In this document: positions 61,582 through 64,000 of the stretch, one piece after another
Position numbering within the stretch: position 1 is the stretch's first letter
How the letters are laid out: every line of letters starts with the position of its first letter
Assembly: GCA_031422435.1 (NCBI GenBank)
Contig: JANPLU010000128.1
Coordinates: 1 to 64,000, forward strand
DNA from: Acaryochloridaceae cyanobacterium VAR_48_metabat_390
Lineage (GTDB): Bacteria; Cyanobacteriota; Cyanobacteriia; Thermosynechococcales; Thermosynechococcaceae
DNA: 64,000 nt
Reading direction: 5' to 3'
Program-made: the position numbers and the translations under genes
The notes under the pieces: generated by a model
What the model was told of the DNA's origin: nothing
Seen by the model: the letters and a program-made list of their open reading frames with translations, nothing else
The model's database searches: none

Positions 61582-61623
61582 TTGATCGCCTTGCCCAAGA
61601 TTTTGCTTGCGTGGGGCGATCGC
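61582..61623 (+). repeat. 42-bp HIP1-capped hairpin repeat, copy 4
   Basis: ttgatcgccttgcccaagattttgcttgcgtggggcgatcgc. Confidence 0.9.
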
Positions 61624-61635
61624 ATTCCCTTGAGT

Positions 61636-62970
61636 CTAGAGTGTGAACGTCGCTAGATCTTCATCCACCGTAGCGTTTTGGGCGATCAACGATTTTGTAG
61701 CTGGTGTTTTTGCCATGCTCACCCCAGACTCTACTCTAATATCCGTTTGGGAAATCAGCTCTGACACTTGTGCTTGAGGGTTCTGGTCAAGGACAGCTAA
61801 CAGGTTTACAAACGCCGTAATAGTATTGCGAGGGGTACGAAAATAAGCATCTCCAATGCGCTGGGAGCAGTGAGCCATAAAGTTCTGGATGCCTCCATCT
61901 GAGATGAGATAGTCTTTGACCTCCCCAGCAGCATAGACGTAACGAATCTTACCCAGCAGCACATAAAGATCCTCTGGGCTGAGATTGGTTAATCGTAAGA
62001 CTGGACCGCTGTAGTCTACCAGTCCATTCGCTGCAAAGGTATTTACTGCCAACCTTGACTGTAGCGCCGGGTAGCTATAAAGCCCTCGGCGAGTATCGGT
62101 CAAAAACTCAGGAGTGCCGCCAAGCAGTACGCCCAGCCCCACAGCGGTTCCTTGCAGCACATCATTCAAAATTCGCAAGATTTGTTCGTAGTTGCTTTTG
62201 CGCGCTTGGACGTTAGACAGCTTAAATAAATTGACCAATTCATCCCAGCAGATTAGTAAGCCTCCGTAGCCAGACAGCCGCACCAACTGCGCCATCAGCT
62301 TGAGCTGATCGTATACATTCTCATCGTCTACGATGGTGCGAACGCCCAAGGCCTGCCGCGCCTCAAGCTTTGAACTAAACTCCCCCCGCAGCCATCGGAC
62401 AGCACTTGTTTTAAGGGTTTCATCGCTGGCATCATGACCCCGCCAGTAGGCTGCAATCACTTCGGCAAAATCATAACCGCCTACCATTTCTGAGAGATGC
62501 GCTAGCCGCTCCCGAATAACGGCTTCGGGACTAAGACTGCGATCGCGGCCTTCACTAATGGCTGAGGTCACAAAGCGCTCAACCACACTTGCCAAGGCAC
62601 CCCCCTCTGGCTTAGTGCGAGTGGAGAGATTCCGCATGAGTTCGGTGTAGAGCGATCGCGCTTGGCCTCCGGTGGCGTGGAGTCGGCGGTCAGGAGTAAG
62701 ATCTGCATGAACCGTCACCAGCTTTTCCTGAAGAGCAATAGAGCGCACCAAAGCCAGAAAAAAAGTTTTACCAGAGCCATACTCGCCAATAACAAACCGA
62801 ATAGTAGAGCCGCCCTCCGCAATCCGCTTCACATCTTGAATGAGCGCCTCTAGCTCGCGCGCTCGCCCCACCTGAATCAGCGGCAAACCCGTACGAGGCA
62901 CCACCCCAGCTCGCAGAGACTGAATCACCGCATCGCGCTCTTTCACCTTAATTACGGGGATTTTAGTCAC
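61636..62970 (-). CDS. DUF2791 / BrxD-like P-loop ATPase
   Basis: SLRAGVVP..GL..IQVGR, GEYGSGKTF, DELVNL, NYEQIL..LND, GLYSY.AL.SRL, RTPR. Confidence 0.82.
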   Translation of the reverse strand: MTKIPVIKVKERDAVIQSLRAGVVPRTGLPLIQVGRARELEALIQDVKRIAEGGSTIRFVIGEYGSGKTFFLALVRSIALQEKLVTVHADLTPDRRLHATGGQARSLYTELMRNLSTRTKPEGGALASVVERFVTSAISEGRDRSLSPEAVIRERLAHLSEMVGGYDFAEVIAAYWRGHDASDETLKTSAVRWLRGEFSSKLEARQALGVRTIVDDENVYDQLKLMAQLVRLSGYGGLLICWDELVNLFKLSNVQARKSNYEQILRILNDVLQGTAVGLGVLLGGTPEFLTDTRRGLYSYPALQSRLAVNTFAANGLVDYSGPVLRLTNLSPEDLYVLLGKIRYVYAAGEVKDYLISDGGIQNFMAHCSQRIGDAYFRTPRNTITAFVNLLAVLDQNPQAQVSELISQTDIRVESGVSMAKTPATKSLIAQNATVDEDLATFTL

Positions 62971-63701
62971 GACAGCAGCTCCTGCAAAATATCTAGATTC
63001 ACTTCAAGGGGGTCTTCTCCCTCCGTTAAGGCTTCGTCACAACGCTCAAAGGCGGCTTCATTAATCAGCTCTAGGGCACCATCTAACAGAAGGTCTAACC
63101 GTTGAGCAACCCCCATAAGATCTGCGCGGCTCCATAGAGTTTTCTGTGTCAGGGTTTTCAGAAATGTGGCATGGGCAGCATCTAAGCTTAGAGTGGTTTC
63201 AGGAGATGAAGGGATAGAAGGTGCCTCAATGAAAACAGACTGAAGGAGCTGAGTGGCTTCTGCTGATTCACGCTCCTTGGCTTGAACAAGATCTAAGTTC
63301 AGGCTAAAGGGTAGCGATACCTCTAATTTAGATTCAGAAAAAGGCATTGAATCGCCAGCAGGTTCAGCCGTAATGTCAACTTTAGGCGTTCGTTTTTTTC
63401 GGGCACGCTTTTGGGTTAGCTCAGCAACCTGGGCGACGAGATCAGCATTATCAGCCTGGAGCTGAACCAGCTCAATCGCGCGATCGGTGGCAATCTGGTT
63501 GAGTTCAGCGACCCGCGTTTCTAGAGCGGTGCGTTGAGTGAGAGCAGCCGTTAGCTCCCGCTGAACTTTGTCCAACTGCTGTTGAAGCTGCTGTGTATTA
63601 TTTTGGGACTGTTTGACCGTAATCTCAACACGCTGGGCTTGCGTGCGCCACCAATAGAGACCTATTCCCAACGCTCCACCAATCCAAATATCTCGCAGCA
63701 T
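62967..63701 (-). CDS. TerB-C domain protein with N-terminal TM and coiled coil
   Basis: ES.....L..VF, LD..H..FL..L.....W, L..DGA.E.INE.AF...DE.L.EG.DP.EVN; overlaps the ATPase start. Confidence 0.7.
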   Translation of the reverse strand: MLRDIWIGGALGIGLYWWRTQAQRVEITVKQSQNNTQQLQQQLDKVQRELTAALTQRTALETRVAELNQIATDRAIELVQLQADNADLVAQVAELTQKRARKKRTPKVDITAEPAGDSMPFSESKLEVSLPFSLNLDLVQAKERESAEATQLLQSVFIEAPSIPSSPETTLSLDAAHATFLKTLTQKTLWSRADLMGVAQRLDLLLDGALELINEAAFERCDEALTEGEDPLEVNLDILQELLS

Positions 63702-63808
63702 GTTGATTTATATTCATCAAGTTGCAACACACAATAGCGCAAACTGTGTGCAATAAGCCTGATTTAGGGTTGTACCGCTTAATATCAGCGCGTTGACTTA
63801 AACCAATG

Positions 63809-64000
63809 CTAGTCAATATTGATTGACTGAGGCCCACTACCGTTGCTGCCATTACCCTCAGACGGCATATTAGAAGGCGACACCGTCACGCCTAGCTCTC
63901 GATCTAACCAAGTTCTGACCGGATCTTCAGATAGATTGAGTCGCAGTAAGCCTGATGCAAACCCGCCCAGAAACGCAACAGGCTTCTGAACTAGTTCTTG
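63809..64000 (-). CDS. Conserved cyanobacterial hypothetical protein (5' truncated by window edge)
   Basis: Frame reads QELVQKPVAFLGGFASGLLRLNLSEDPVRTWL...GPQSINID*; not in the ORF track. Confidence 0.7.
   Translation of the reverse strand, partial: QELVQKPVAFLGGFASGLLRLNLSEDPVRTWLDRELGVTVSPSNMPSEGNGSNGSGPQSINID

Noticed and set aside
59356..61623. CRISPR array interpretation of the 42-bp repeats
   Set aside because: Intervals are 680-740 bp and contain whole genes, and there are no cas genes in the window.
59356..61623. Canonical integron attC sites
   Set aside because: No RYYYAAC...GTTRRRY ends, shorter than attC sites, one cassette is inverted, and no intI is present; kept only as an analogy.

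Overview
This is a 64-kb chromosomal segment of a cyanobacterium. The evidence is very frequent HIP1 octamers (GCGATCGC) and the genes acsF, ycf54, psbP, psb35, Tic22, Tab2, an SLH porin and a CIRCE-controlled groEL2. Most of the window is housekeeping (nirB/nirD, prmC, rfbB, cysC, wzc, panD, a MoxR cluster, ispE, rsmA, tRNA-Leu(UAA), amiC, queF, menG, ureC, msrA, and a split class II ribonucleotide reductase carrying a LAGLIDADG intein). Three accessory patches stand out. (1) 14.4-17.4 kb holds Uma2 and toxin-antitoxin (TA) genes, some decayed. (2) 45.9-46.9 kb is a single AT-rich gene resembling a fused CapRel-type toxSAS. (3) 57.2-63.7 kb is a defence-like island. The island's most striking feature is an array of divergent DUF433/DUF5615 TA pairs, each delimited by the same 42-bp HIP1-capped imperfect hairpin (4 direct copies, 720-781 bp apart) embedded in shuffled HIP1-bounded mini-modules. 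It resembles an integrase-less gene-cassette array. All family assignments come from motif recognition by eye; no database searches were run.
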